Below the pieces are notes generated by a model that ran no database searches, was not told the origin of the DNA, and was given only the letters and a program-made list of their open reading frames with translations. A program made the translations under genes and the position numbers. 64,000 bases of DNA. Source: Octopus vulgaris (lineage: Eukaryota). Of the stretch, positions 12,256 through 24,117 are shown piece after piece (the first letter of the stretch is position 1; each line of letters begins with the position of its first letter). The stretch covers positions 42,966,001-43,030,000 of the forward strand of contig OX597818.1 of the NCBI GenBank assembly GCA_951406725.2, read 5' to 3'.

Positions 12256-12931
12256 AGGAACAAAACAAGGCAAAGAAGAGTACAGAGTATGTAATTATTA
12301 ATTTTATGCTGTAAGAGAAAGAGAAAGAGAGAGAGAGAGAGAGAGTATTTGATATTTCAGACAATGGTCCTTTGAGGGAAGAGTAAGAGGAATAAAAAAA
12401 CTTAGTGGAGAAGGAACAAAGTACATACTTTGAGTTATGTCTTGCATGGTTGAAAGGCAGAAGTAATGGAAGAAAAGGTGGGTATTGTCTACTGAGTGCA
12501 GGAAGCAGAAGAGCTAAGCGAGATGTATGTGAAAAGAAATTGTTGTGTGATATGTTGTCTACATTTGTGTGAACTGGTAGAAGTGGATGTGAGCTATATA
12601 TAAGAGCACAAAAATTATGTGGCTATGTTTTCATTTATTCTGACTGTGGGGAATGTGCTTTACCAAGATCATCATATATGCCTTTTCACCACTATGTGAG
12701 ACATTACTCAAACTACATGCTTTTCTTCTTCCCCAAATTTTTCCTTTCCTCCAGTTAAAGGACCACCATCTGAAACAGCAGACACACTCTCTATTTCTTT
12801 CTTACAACATAGACAGTCTTTTATTATTTTGATACTGATAAACTAATACAGATCTTCACAAGTTTCCTTGGATTCTGCCGGTTCATTCTTTGATGTGGTT
12901 TAGCTTGAATGATATAACATAGCCTTTGCCT

Positions 12932-13186
12932 GTTGTTGTTGTTGTTGTTGTTGGTGTTGGTGTTGGTGTTGTTGTTGTTGTTGTTGTTGTTAAGCAACAA
13001 AACAGGTAAGGGTGATTAGGTGATGATCTAGGACTTAGGGGCAGGAGACCCCAGACCTTGGAAAATAAAAAAACTTTGGTCGTCTTGTTGTTGTCAAGGG
13101 CTCTTCGTTGACGCCCGACACCACTGGTAGGTGGCCCTTGAAGTCGCTGAAAATGGAGATCTCCAGGTCCAAATTCTTGAACGGCA
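12932..13186 (-). mobile_element. 5'-truncated non-LTR retroelement with (CAA)n tail and 9-bp TSD cctttgcct
   Basis: (GTT)n tract 12932-12990 on +; cctttgcct at 12923-12931 and 13187-13195; family not identified. Confidence 0.65.
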
Positions 13187-13204
13187 CCTTTGCCTATTGC
13201 AGTA

Positions 13205-13418
13205 TAGAGTTCAAATTTTGGCACAAGGCCAGCAATTTCGGGGGAGGAGATAAGTCAATTACATCAATCCTAATGTTCAACTGGCACTTATTTTATGGAC
13301 CCCACAAGGATGAAAGGCAAAGTAGATCTTGGTGGAATTTGAACTAAGAACATAAAGATGGATTAAATACTGCTAAGCATTTTGCCCAACATGCTAATGA
13401 TTCTGCCAGCTTGCCGCT
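13205..13418 (-). mobile_element. SINE family E, older variant, TSD tttgcctattgca
   Basis: ggatgaaaggcaaagt...gaatttgaact...ttctgccagcttgccgc; the TSD lies at 13189-13201 and 13419-13431. Confidence 0.85.
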
Positions 13419-13857
13419 TTTGCCTATTGCAATAGTACTGCTAAATTATATAGAAGTGCTATGCCTATAATTCTGTTGCTGTCTTTGTAGTGGTGTTAAT
13501 GTTTATCTCTATATTAATTTACATTTCAATTATATTCTAACGCCATTTAATACTCCATTGCATAGATTCACACTGGTGTTGACTTTTGCCCCAGAGGTTC
13601 ATTTAGTAAAGGATGTATTATTCATAGACTGTTGCAGAAAATGTCACTGAAAATGGAGCTTTGCAGATCTTTCTTTACTTCTAATCTCAAGTGAATCATA
13701 TGATATCTGGAGGAACTTGGCCTTACTGGTAAGGCCAAATATGTAAAATCAGCAGATCAAGTGCCCCAAAGTCAAGAATACCAAGACTTAAGCAGTCAAA
13801 TTCTTTCTTACATTTTTCCATTACATAACAATTTTATTTTCTGTTTTTTCCTTTTAA

Positions 13858-13909
<52 letters not shown>

Positions 13910-14541
13910 TCTCTTTCTTAATCTCCCTTCTCTTACTTCTATATACTTTCCTCTTTCTCACTCTCTCTTCTCACCCTCTTTCTCACACTCTCTCTTATCG
14001 TCCTTTTTTCTCACTCTTTCTTCTCTTACCTATTAAATGTCTTTATTTAGAGATGTACGATGTACGTCATAAGAAATGTGAACTGCTCTGTTGATGGTTA
14101 ATGATTACATTTCTACTGTGATGTGCTTACTTCAGTCTCAGTGTCAGAAAAGAGATGAAAGCAGTTTCCTGTTGAAACAATAGCATTAGCCTACTTCCTT
14201 ACATTGTGTGTTTGTGTGTGTTTCAAATAGAAAAATCCATATATTCATTCTACTAACTTAGTATAAAATGCTTCCTTCTTCATTTGTATTAGCCATAAAG
14301 CTACTATGAATATATTGTATAGAAAGATGTTTAAATGTCTATGCATGTATCTTTTATTGAAGTTAGCAAAAATACTAGAATTCCAGTCAATATGCTTTTC
14401 AATATTTAGCTGATTACTTCTTAGTCAAATCCTCCCAGGAGTAATTCTGCTTGTTGTGTCTTAAGATGGATGAAATGGATACTAGTAATGTACTGAGACT
14501 GATTTGATTTACTATTTACTTCTTCCATACAAATTAGCTCT

Positions 14542-14884
14542 CATCATCATCATCATCATCATCGTTTAACGTCCGCTTTCCATGCTAGCATGGGTTGGAC
14601 TGTTCAACTGGGGTCTGGGAAGCCAGAAGGCTGCACCAGGCCCAGTCTGATCTGGCATGTTTCTACAGCTGAATGCCCTTCCTAACGCCAACCACTCCGT
14701 GAGTGTAGTGGGTGCTTTTTACGTGCCAGATGAGGCTGGAAACGGCCATGATCAGATAGTGCTTTTTACGTGCCACCAGCACGGAGGCCAGACGAGGCTG
14801 GCAACAGCCACAATCGGATGGGGCTTTTTACGTGCCACCGGCTCGGAGGCCAGTCGGGGCGGTGCTGGCAACAGCCGAATTCGT
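14542..14884 (-). mobile_element. Family B RTE 3' end with three tandem units
   Basis: (cat)n cgtttaacgtccgctttccatgctagc...; three gctttttacgtgcca units. Confidence 0.9.
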
Positions 14885-15022
14885 TAAAAGAAATGTATAT
14901 CAAAGGCAAACAAAGTCAAATGTTTTGCCTATCATTTTATTTGTTCAATGGGTCGAATAATTGATGAATACAGCATCATCATTGTTATTGTCATTATTTT
15001 ATACTTGATTTTTCATGCAAAA

Positions 15023-15226
15023 AGCACTGGTGATGGTGCTATGTAAAAGGCACCCAGTGCCCTCTGTAAAGTGGTTGGCACTAGGAAAGGCACCCAGCCA
15101 TAGAAATCAAATCAAAACAGATTATGGAACCTGGTATAGCCCCTGGCCTCACCAGTTCCTGTCAAGCCATCCAACCCATGCCAGCATAAAAAGCAGATGT
15201 TAAATGTTGATGATAATGATGATGAT
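15023..15226 (+). mobile_element. Family B, older copy
   Basis: aaaaggcacccag...gtggttggcactaggaaagg...acccatgccagcataaaaagcagatgttaaatg. Confidence 0.75.
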
Positions 15227-15510
15227 TTTTCATGCTAGAATGGCTGATTGTGTCATGACAGTCTTAGTGAATTCTTATTCAGAAGTTAGTTCTCTTAGAT
15301 GGGTTGGAGACTGTTTTACTTGTACACTCCACTGTTGGTTTAGTTTCTATGCTAGATGCCCTTCCTGTCACCAACCACTCTACAAAGTATGCTAATCATC
15401 ATCATCAGCAAACCCTGAACATTACTGTCACAAGTCCTAGGATTCATAGGGCCAATTACCCAGTTACCTTGGTGTATAAGTCACAACATCACCCCTCAGT
15501 GGGATGCCAG

Positions 15511-15598
15511 CCTTGCCCAAGGTGCCATGCAGTGGGACTGAACCTGGAACCATGTGGTTGATAAGCAAGCTACTTACCACACAGCCACTCCTGCGCCT
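15511..15598 (-). mobile_element. SINE family A, 5' head only
   Basis: ttgcccaaggtgccatgcagtgggactgaacc...ccactcctgcgcct. Confidence 0.85.
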
Positions 15599-15840
15599 AT
15601 GTTGTTCGATATTCTTGTTAAACTCACCCGGCTGTAATAAAATAAGCTGCTGTCATTCAGTATCAAAGTTGTTCATATGGTCACATGAAATGCAGTCCTT
15701 TGTTTATTTGCTTGCTTCATTGTGGTGTCTAAGCAGAGATCAAGGTCACCATCATGTTGCTCAAGACTAGCTTAATTATTCATTTGATAATGAATGGTGA
15801 AACAATTGATTCTGTCAGTCCTCTTCATGGATAATTATAA

Positions 15841-16034
15841 CTCCTCCTCCTCCTCCTCCCTCCCTCCCTCCCTCCCTCCCTCCTCCTCCTCCTCCTCCTC
15901 CTCCCTTCCCCTCCTCCTCCTCCTTCACTTTCCCCTCCTCCCCATTTCCTCCTCCTCCCCATTTCCTCCTCTTCCCACTTCCTCCCCTCCTCCTCCTCCT
16001 CCTCCTCCTCCTCCTCCTCACCACCACCACCACT
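15841..16034. repeat. Polypyrimidine (CCT)n/(CCCT)n low-complexity tract ending in (CAC)n
   Basis: About 180 nt of almost only C and T. Confidence 0.95.
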
Positions 16035-16639
16035 ACTGTTATCATTAATTTACCTCTGCTCTCCATGCTGGCATGGCACCAGCACTAGAGAAAGATGGTC
16101 ATGTCTCCAACAGGACAATACTTAAGAGTTTTTTCAACTCCATGTATCCACCTGCTTATCTCCACTCATTTGCCAACCACTTCACGGAGTGTATGGGATG
16201 TATTTTATCATGCACCAGTATTTGTGATGTTGTTTTGAACCCTGTAAGACAAAACGGTGCTCATTACTCTTATGTAGTTTCCATTCATTTCAGCAACATG
16301 ATCAACAGAGCAGGTAGAAGGGAGGGCATCTGCAGAAGATGAACAAGAGAGAGAGAAAGAAGTGAGAGTATGATGGGATTCATAATAGTTCTGTAGGTTA
16401 TAATGCAAAAGGAACTAGATGTCTCTGAAAACTTTAAAATACTGATGACCTATTTTTTAGTGAAGAATCTGTCACGCTGAGAAAAAAAATTTAAGCCCAG
16501 AGCTTAAAACTAAAGTGCTAGCTAGTTAGAGAGAAAGAGAGTGAGTGAGTGAGAGAGAGATAGAGCATAAAATCTTGGTGTTTTTGACCTTGCTTAATAT
16601 GTAGGTAGGAGATGGATAAGGATTTAGTATTGTGTACTC

Positions 16640-17150
16640 AGTTCGTGCAAGCAATGGCAATACAAATGTGACAGGATCTGGCTGACAGAATCAATGCAGA
16701 CACACTAATGAAATGAAGTCCGTGAACTCTTAGATGGCTCACTTGGTGAGCTAATTATTGTAGAAGATGATTGTAGCTAGAAAAACCACTGAGATGACAG
16801 ATGAAAAATGTTCTCTACTGGCATGTAAAACGGATTGTGTATAAAGCATGTATGAGAATGAGCATTGTATATGCAGTGAATATGGGAAAATCTGCAGAGG
16901 AAAGAAATGAAGCAAGCATGATCTATTAGATTTGCCGTGTTATGCTGCATGGGAAGCTGAACACAAATGAAGTAAAAAAAAAAAAAAAAAAGGGTTGTTG
17001 GATGCTAAAGGAAGTGTTCAGAAGAAATGAAAATGACTTAGCTGCTATGGACATGTGATGCAAACAGATGAGGAAGAATGTTAGGTGAAAAGTACCAATT
17101 ATTTTCAGTAGAGGACACCTAGGAAAACTGTTGAGGTGAGAACTCAGAAT
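16640..17150 (+). pseudogene. Heavily decayed RTE LINE ORF fragment
   Basis: Residual ...YGHVMQTDEE...RGHL motifs, and similarity to 975-1450. Confidence 0.5.
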
Positions 17151-17914
17151 ACTGAGTTTTATAATAAGAGATGATAAAAGACCAAAATGTTCGGCAATAT
17201 ACTGTTCAATAACCTTAAAGTTTTCTAATTTCACATTAATAATAGTAATCTTGTCCACTTACCAATCTCTCCTATAGCTATAAATATAACTTTTCTCCTT
17301 GGGTATTATATTAAAGAAAAAAATATAGTAATCATGAAGTCTGAGATAACTAAATAGATGATATATTGACAAGTTTTATTAAAACCAACCAACCCTATTA
17401 TATCATCAAGCCATTTTTACATTATCATTATTGTCTCAAAGGATATGTCACATCTTTTATTTATTATAGCAAGATATAGCATAGTTGTGTATTTGATGCA
17501 TGCTGCTAGACTCGATAGATATTTTATGGCTTTAAGTTCTGTATCTTGCTATTCAGAATTCCATTAACATTTTTTATGAAAAAATATGTTCCAGTTATAT
17601 ACAGTTTCAACTACAATAATATACAATTTCATTTAATAATAATATACAATTTCATAAAACTGGCCTCCTATTTTGTCAAATGGAACCATTATTATGGTAT
17701 ATAATTGTGTACTTGAGGTGTTTTGGAAATATATATATACCTTGTTTCTGTGAAAATGGCAAAATCTATTAAAAAATCTTTTGTATCACTTCATCAGAAA
17801 AGTAAGAGCAGCATTCATGATCTTTTTTGGGGCTCTTAAGACTGGTGAGAGACCCAAGTTTCCTCAAACAAAGCAATCTGGCCCAAATACTTGCAACATA
17901 GTCACTTCCTTTAA

Positions 17915-18136
17915 CCCTTTTGATACCAACTCGGCTGAAACCGCCTCTGGCTCTGTAGTACAAATGTCTTGTTTTCCTAAATTTTGAATTAAAATCTTCC
18001 ACTAAACCTTAGTCATAATTTATGTTTCTAACACTAGCTTAATGATAACTAAATTAGTTTACTAAATTCTTTGTTATATTTAAAATTAATTGAAAGAAAG
18101 ACAGAGCATCACAAAATAAATACAGTAACGAAAGGG
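17915..18136 (+). mobile_element. piggyBac-like MITE (222 bp), TTAA TSD
   Basis: TTAA|cccttttgatac...gtaacgaaaggg|TTAA; opposite orientation to the copies at 31461 and 45139. Confidence 0.9.
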
Positions 18137-18774
18137 TTAAAGGCACCCTAGACAGTGGATTAAGTCTACTTGTCCAATTGATTAAGTCTGCCTCTATCCT
18201 TAATTGCAGCTGAATATGAATATGAAGAAGGGTCAGAGATGTCAACTGTCTCAACTAATCAAAACCTATTTAAGATAATTTAACTAGCAAATGTCATGGT
18301 TAAAATATTTTATAAAAGTTTTCAGATACTATTTAGTTATTTAACAAATACTACCATTGACATTTAGTTTCTAAATAAAATGATGCTTCTGTAATTTCAT
18401 TTCAAAAATATTCACACTACCAGTAAATTTATTAGACTGAGCAGTGAAGCTATTTAAAAAAAAAAAAAATCGGTCGTTGATTTTCTGCTATATAAGAGAA
18501 TGAAACTTTAGATATGTGAGAGCAAGAACTTGAATTTGTGGTATGTATATTTTCCAGAATTACTGAGGGTGGTAAAGGAAGTCATTCCATCTGAAAATCA
18601 AATCCACACTATATCTACTGATCTATAAACCTGCTGCCTCAAAAATAGCAAGTTGCTCACATATCCTGAAAAAACTAAAGACAAGTTCTAGTCAGATTTC
18701 TTCTTTTTTTTTCCCCTTAAGTTTTTAAGTAAGTAATTTAACAGAAAATAACTCAATATATATATAAATATATC

Positions 18775-18941
18775 TTTTTCTCTTTTACTTGTTTCAATCA
18801 TTTGGCAGAGGCCATGCTGGAGCACCGTCTTTAGTCGAGCAAATCGACCCCAGGACTTATTCTTTGTAAGCCTAGTACTTATTATATCAGTCTCTTTTAC
18901 CAAACTGCTAAGTGACGAGGACAAAAACACACCAGCATCAG
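18775..18941 (-). mobile_element. SINE family A, 3' part (5'-truncated)
   Basis: cttttacttgtttcaatcatttg...ccccaggacttattctttgtaagcc...acaccagcatca. Confidence 0.85.
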
Positions 18942-19275
18942 AAAGTATTTTAAAATATTCATACATTTAACACACACAAAATCTAATAAATAGTATGTTT
19001 TCCTTACATTATTAACTGTTGTCGTGGCTCACTACATCAGGTATGCCTTACTATTATGTTTGCATGTAGCAAGCATTCCCAATCATTATTTTCTGTAACC
19101 CTTGCCAGACTTTGAAGGTATACAATTGAATAAATAATTTTTAAAATGGACATTTTTGTTCCAAATTGTTATTAGTTTACATATCTATAATTTTATCATT
19201 TATAAACATAATTATGAAGCGAATGAAATTGTCGCTTTTCATTTTATATATTGGTTTTGATCTGAATATTAACAA

Positions 19276-19310
<35 letters not shown>

Positions 19311-19311
19311 G

Positions 19312-19583
19312 ACTTGCCTTGACTGGCTTCCGTGCCGGTGGCATGTAAAATGCACCAATCCGATCGTGGCTGTTGCCAGCCTCGCCTGGCACTTGTGCCG
19401 GTGGCACGTAAAAAGCACCCACGACACTCACGGAGTGGTTGGCGTTCGGAAGGGCATCCAGCTGTAGAAACACTGCCAGATCAGACTGGAGCCTGGTGCA
19501 GCCTTCTGGCTTCCCAAATCCCCGGTCGAATCATCCAACCCATGCTAGCATGGAGAACGGACGTTAAACAATGATGATGATGA
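19312..19583 (+). mobile_element. Family B RTE 3' end inserted in (AAT)n
   Basis: Two ggtggca(c/t)gtaaaa units, then ...catgctagcatggagaacggacgttaaacaatgatgatga. Confidence 0.9.
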
Positions 19584-20464
19584 AAATAATAATAATAATA
19601 ATAATATGTTTATTGTAGACAGTGTTCAGGTGCACTACAATTCTTCAGAGAAGAGTAAAAGAGGGAACAGAAAACAGCAGTAAGTCAAATAAAGAAAGAC
19701 AGCAGTTGCAGCCAAAAATAGCATAACATACAGGACAAAACATGAGAAAACAGAAAAAGGAAGATTAAAAGAGCCATAAAAACAAGGGTGTACAATGTTG
19801 GTAAATGCTGGCAAATTTTGGGAAGTAGGCAATTTTTTAAGGATGCACATTCTTGTCAACTAACAACTGATGTTGGTACTTGGTTACATGCTTCAGCAAT
19901 TCTGAGTGTGTAAAATGTTTCCAAAAGTCATGGGTGTTGTGTGCTTTTTTTTTTTGTTTGTTTTGTAAGTGTATCCATGAGTGGCAGAGATATTGAATTA
20001 AAAAAGATGATCAAGGTTGTTGTTGGAAAGACAGGACGATCTTGTGGGCTTCTACCAACTCAGTTACTAAGAATCAAAGATTTAGTGTGTTGATGCCCAG
20101 AAAAGCAAGACATTCAAGATGTAGTGGCTGGTGGAGGGTATTTGTCTGGCAGCATGTCTCTGGTTAGTTTTCTCTTGATTAATATTCTGAAAAAGAGTTG
20201 GGGTGGTCCTAAACTAGAGATGTAAACTGTGTGGACATTCCATAGCCATATGTAACTTTAACTAGATAGCTGTTGAGCATCTGATAATGGTCTGACTGAA
20301 TGATGTTTGACACCTGCAGCCTTTTGATAGTTCTAGAAGTGTGGTTTGTCCAATGCAGACCACAAACAATAATGCCTCATTCACATCCACATAAGATTGT
20401 GTTGTGGAAGGAGTAGGTAAATTCCAGGTTTTTTTCTCTCAGAATGTATTGTGGTGTACTTGTC

Positions 20465-20916
20465 GGATCTTTTCGGTTTGACCGGCAGTTTTTTAAAATA
20501 ATTTCCACGTAACTAAACACTTTTAAACTTCGTATACTGGTAGAATGTGTTTATAAAACATCTTTTCTCTTGGCTTTATTGAGAAAATTCTATAGTTTGT
20601 AAGATATTTGTTGTTTTTTTTCTTCAATTTCTGCTATTTCAACCAATTAATGACGTCTATTGAGGTGAAAACATTCTGTGCCGTATGAATATGCCCCTCG
20701 TTTAAGAAACAGATTGGGTTTATTTACATTTGTGAAGAAAAAAAGATACCCTTTCCCCCACCCCTAACCAACCTTAACTAACCCTAACTAACCCTAACTC
20801 TAACTCTAACCCTAAAACAGATTGAAATGCAATAGATCGATACTAGGGTCATAATTATGGGTGACAATTTCATATGACACCGCTAGAAAAAACTGCCGTT
20901 CAAACCGAAAAGATCC
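20465..20916. mobile_element. MITE (452 bp) with 30-bp TIRs starting GG and 8-bp TSD tacttgtc; Merlin-like
   Basis: Left ggatcttttcggtttgaccggcagtttttt and right aaaaaactgccgttcaaaccgaaaagatcc (1 mismatch); TSD at 20457-20464 and 20917-20924. Confidence 0.9.
20761..20815. repeat. Degenerate telomere-like (CCCTAA)n array inside the MITE
   Basis: cccctaaccaaccttaactaaccctaactaaccctaactctaactctaaccctaa. Confidence 0.8.
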
Positions 20917-21586
20917 TACTTGTCTACAGCCATCATGAGTTGCCATTTAATAATCCCTTGTTGCATTGTATCTAGATTAGATTGCAGGGAAGACCTGCAG
21001 CACACAGGATCCATTCTTTTTAGTGCAAGGTGCAGCTTAATGACACCTATGTTTTTAAACACAGTAAATATACTTCAAGTTGGCATTGATTTCAAGACTA
21101 TATGCAACAAACAACAGAGGGCAGACTAAGAACATTACCCTGCAGGATTCCAGATGTCATCAAATAGGATGCAGGATGTTGACTATCTCTTTTCAACCAA
21201 GAATGAAGAATTTCAACTAGTTATGAAGATTAGCCTTCACACCCATTGCAGAAAGCTTTGCCATAAGTTGTTTGCATAGCACAGAATTAAAAAGTTTTGG
21301 AGAAGTTGAGATGGCCACCAACACATTTTACTAAATGCGTTTCCCTAAAATATAGAAAGTAATAGTTTTTATTTTACTTTTTTAAAAATATTTATTTAAA
21401 ACTTTCTGGTATAGTCTAGGAGATAGATCAAACACTATCTGATTTTTAAGAAAACTACTTTTGAGTAATAACTAAGGTTATAAAGAAAGAAATTAATCAT
21501 TCAAGAAAGTTTTTTTTTTTTATTAATTATAAATGCAGAGTATAAACAGCTGAAGCTATGTAAATAATAACTTAAATATCAGAGTT

Positions 21587-22013
21587 ACTCTCTTTTTACT
21601 CTTTACTCTTTTACTCTTTTACTTGTTTCAGTCATTTGACTGCGGCCATGCTGGAGCACCACCTTTAGTCGAGCAAATCGACCCCAGGACTTATTCTTTG
21701 TAAGCCCAGTACTTATTCTATCGGTCTCTTTTGCCGAACCGCTAAGTGACGGGGACGTAAAAACACCAGCATCAGTTGTCAAGCAATGCTAGGGGGACAA
21801 ACACAGACACACAAACACACACATACATATACATATATACGACAGGCTTCTTTCAGTTTCCGTCTACCAAATCCACTCACAAGGCATTGGTCGGCCCGGG
21901 GCTATAGCAGAAGACACTTGCCCAAGATGCCACACAGCGGGACTGAACCCGGAACCATGTGGTTGGTTAGCAACCACATGTTCCTATGAAACTTACCACA
22001 CAGCCACTCCTGC
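21587..22013 (-). mobile_element. Full-length SINE family A
   Basis: (cttttact)n tail through ccactcctgc; small inverted duplication at 21951-21984. Confidence 0.9.
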
Positions 22014-22759
22014 TGTTGTTAATATTACAAAGTTGTTGGAAAGTACTCTCTTATTTAAAAATAATTATTTCTTTCCACAAGAAAATAAATGGAAAATCAT
22101 ATTAATTCATTATTTTTATCTCATGGAAACATACTTAATTTGCAAAAAAGATTCTCAAATAAATTTACAACAATTGTAACATCAGTTCACACATAAAGGA
22201 ATTTGCATCATGCTAAAGTGGAGGAGAGCTGCAAGATGTTATAAGAAACAAAAATACAAAATAAGTTTAAAAAACAAAACAATATATCTAAACCTATTCA
22301 AACAACAGCTGTTATCTTCCCCTCACTCCCTTTCTTTCTCCTTTGTGCATGCCTACTCACTAAAGGAGGTTAAGCTTGTTAAATCAATAGAAAACTTTAG
22401 TCTCATCTCTTTAATAATATGGAGTCTGGGGTAAAAATAGCTATACTAAAATTTTAATAATTAACTAGCTGAATAGTATTTAGATGCAAGTAGAGAATCT
22501 AACTGTAAAAATAATTTTAAAAATATATCCTAATAGCCAAATTTTTGGGACCATCATAGACCAAGCTAGTATTAGTTAGATGTAAAGGATGATAAGAGTT
22601 GTACAATATATGCTAAGAGAGTAAGTGGAATTTGATGTTATGTATCAGAACAAATATTTTGTGTACAAATAATACATACAGATCAAAAAATTCTGGAAAT
22701 TATCAAACATTTAGGAGTGACAGATACAACAAAAACAACTAAGAATACCATTGGAAGTA

Positions 22760-23547
22760 TCTTTTATCTGTTGTCTTTTACTTGTTTCAGTCATTGGACT
22801 GCAGCCATGCTTGGGCACTGGCTTGAAGAGTTTTAGTTGAATTAATTAACCCTAATTTTGTTTTTTTAAGCCTGGTACTTATTCTGTTGATCTCTTATGC
22901 TGAAGTTACAGGGACATAAACAAACCAACACTGGTTGTTAAGCAGTGGTGGGGAACAAACAAAAAGACACACACATACACAGACAAATATGTATCTCTCT
23001 CTCTCTCTCATGATGATGATGATGATGACGATGACACACACATGTACACACACACACACACACACACAAATCAAATTCGATGACTGGCATCCATGCTAGT
23101 GGAGTACTAAGAGTACCATACGAGCATGATTGTTGCCAGAGCAACCAGCTGGCCTCCGTGTTGATGGCACGTAAAAAACACCATTCAAGCATGATCGTTA
23201 TCTGCGTTGCCTTTCTGGCACTTGTACTGGTGGCACATGACAAAACATTTGAGCAAGGTCGTTGCCAGTGCCGCTGGACTGGCTCTTGTGCAGGTGGCAC
23301 ATAAAAAGCACCATTTGAGTGTGGCATTGGCAGTACCGCCTGACTGGCCCTTGTACCAGTGGCACATAAAAGCATCCACTACACTCTTGGAGTGGTTGGT
23401 GTTAGGAAGGGCTTCCAGCTGTAGAAACTCTGCGAGATCAGATTGGAGTCTGGTGCAGCCATCTGGTTCGCCAGACCTCAATCAAATCGTCCAACCCATG
23501 CTAGCATGGAAAGCAAATGTTAAACGACAATGATGATGATGATGATG

Positions 23548-23580
<33 letters not shown>

Positions 23581-23729
23581 GGTTCTTTCAGTTTCTGTCT
23601 ACAAAATCCACTCACAAGCCTTTGTTCGGTCCTGGGCTATTGTAGAAGACACTTACCTAGAGTGCCATGCAATGGGACTGAACCTGGAACCATATGGTTG
23701 GGAAGCAAACTTCCCACCACACAGCTGCT
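22760..23729 (-). mobile_element. SINE family A (older) split by a family B insertion in its central microsatellite
   Basis: Tail at 22760-22990, head and core at 23580-23729. Confidence 0.8.
23068..23548 (+). mobile_element. Family B RTE 3' end with ~5 tandem units
   Basis: Repeated (g)tggcac(a/g)taaaaa(g)cacc units, then the terminus catgctagcatggaaagcaaatgttaaacgacaatgatgat. Confidence 0.9.
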
Positions 23730-24117
23730 GTAAATCCTGCATAAGTTGGTGCCAGGGGGAGGAGCTAGTGTCAATTTAATACCTAAGAGTTAGATTGTAG
23801 ATGGATAGCAACTGATTGTTATTGTTTAGACCACCAATTGAGTAGATTGAACAAAGGCATTCAAGCTGTAATCATTCTGTCTTTGATTGCAGCAGTATAA
23901 TGTGTTTAGGACTATTATCCTGAATATGTATGTTTGCTTTTCTGTTTAAAGTGGCTGAGTGTGGTTTGAGGGAGATTTGGCTGCTGTTTTTTGTAAGTTT
24001 CATAGGAACAATGGCATAGGATCACTAAGCATAATGAGATGTAATGCAGAATTGCCCTATTCATATTAGCAGAGTTAAAACAAATGATTTAATCATTTAG
24101 CATTTAAATCAGGGGAA

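Larger units (their letters stand above)
19605..21330 (-). pseudogene. Decayed CR1-group LINE (RT domain to 3' end), interrupted by the MITE at 20465-20916
   Basis: Minus strand: TSGILQGNVLS (RT PQG motif) at ~21125-21160; the C-terminal ..KHF/TLRIAEACNQVPTSVVS.. resembles CR1-group RKxFFSxRVVxxWNxLP; AATAAA then an (ATT)n tail near 19605. Confidence 0.7.

Noticed and set aside
20761-20815. True telomere or chromosome-fusion scar
   Set aside because: The array is short, degenerate, in one orientation only, and enclosed within a TIR/TSD-bounded MITE.
23090-23380. CRISPR-like array (conserved ~25-nt motif with variable spacers)
   Set aside because: The context is eukaryotic, there are no cas genes, the spacers are mutually homologous, and the array lies in an RTE 3'UTR.
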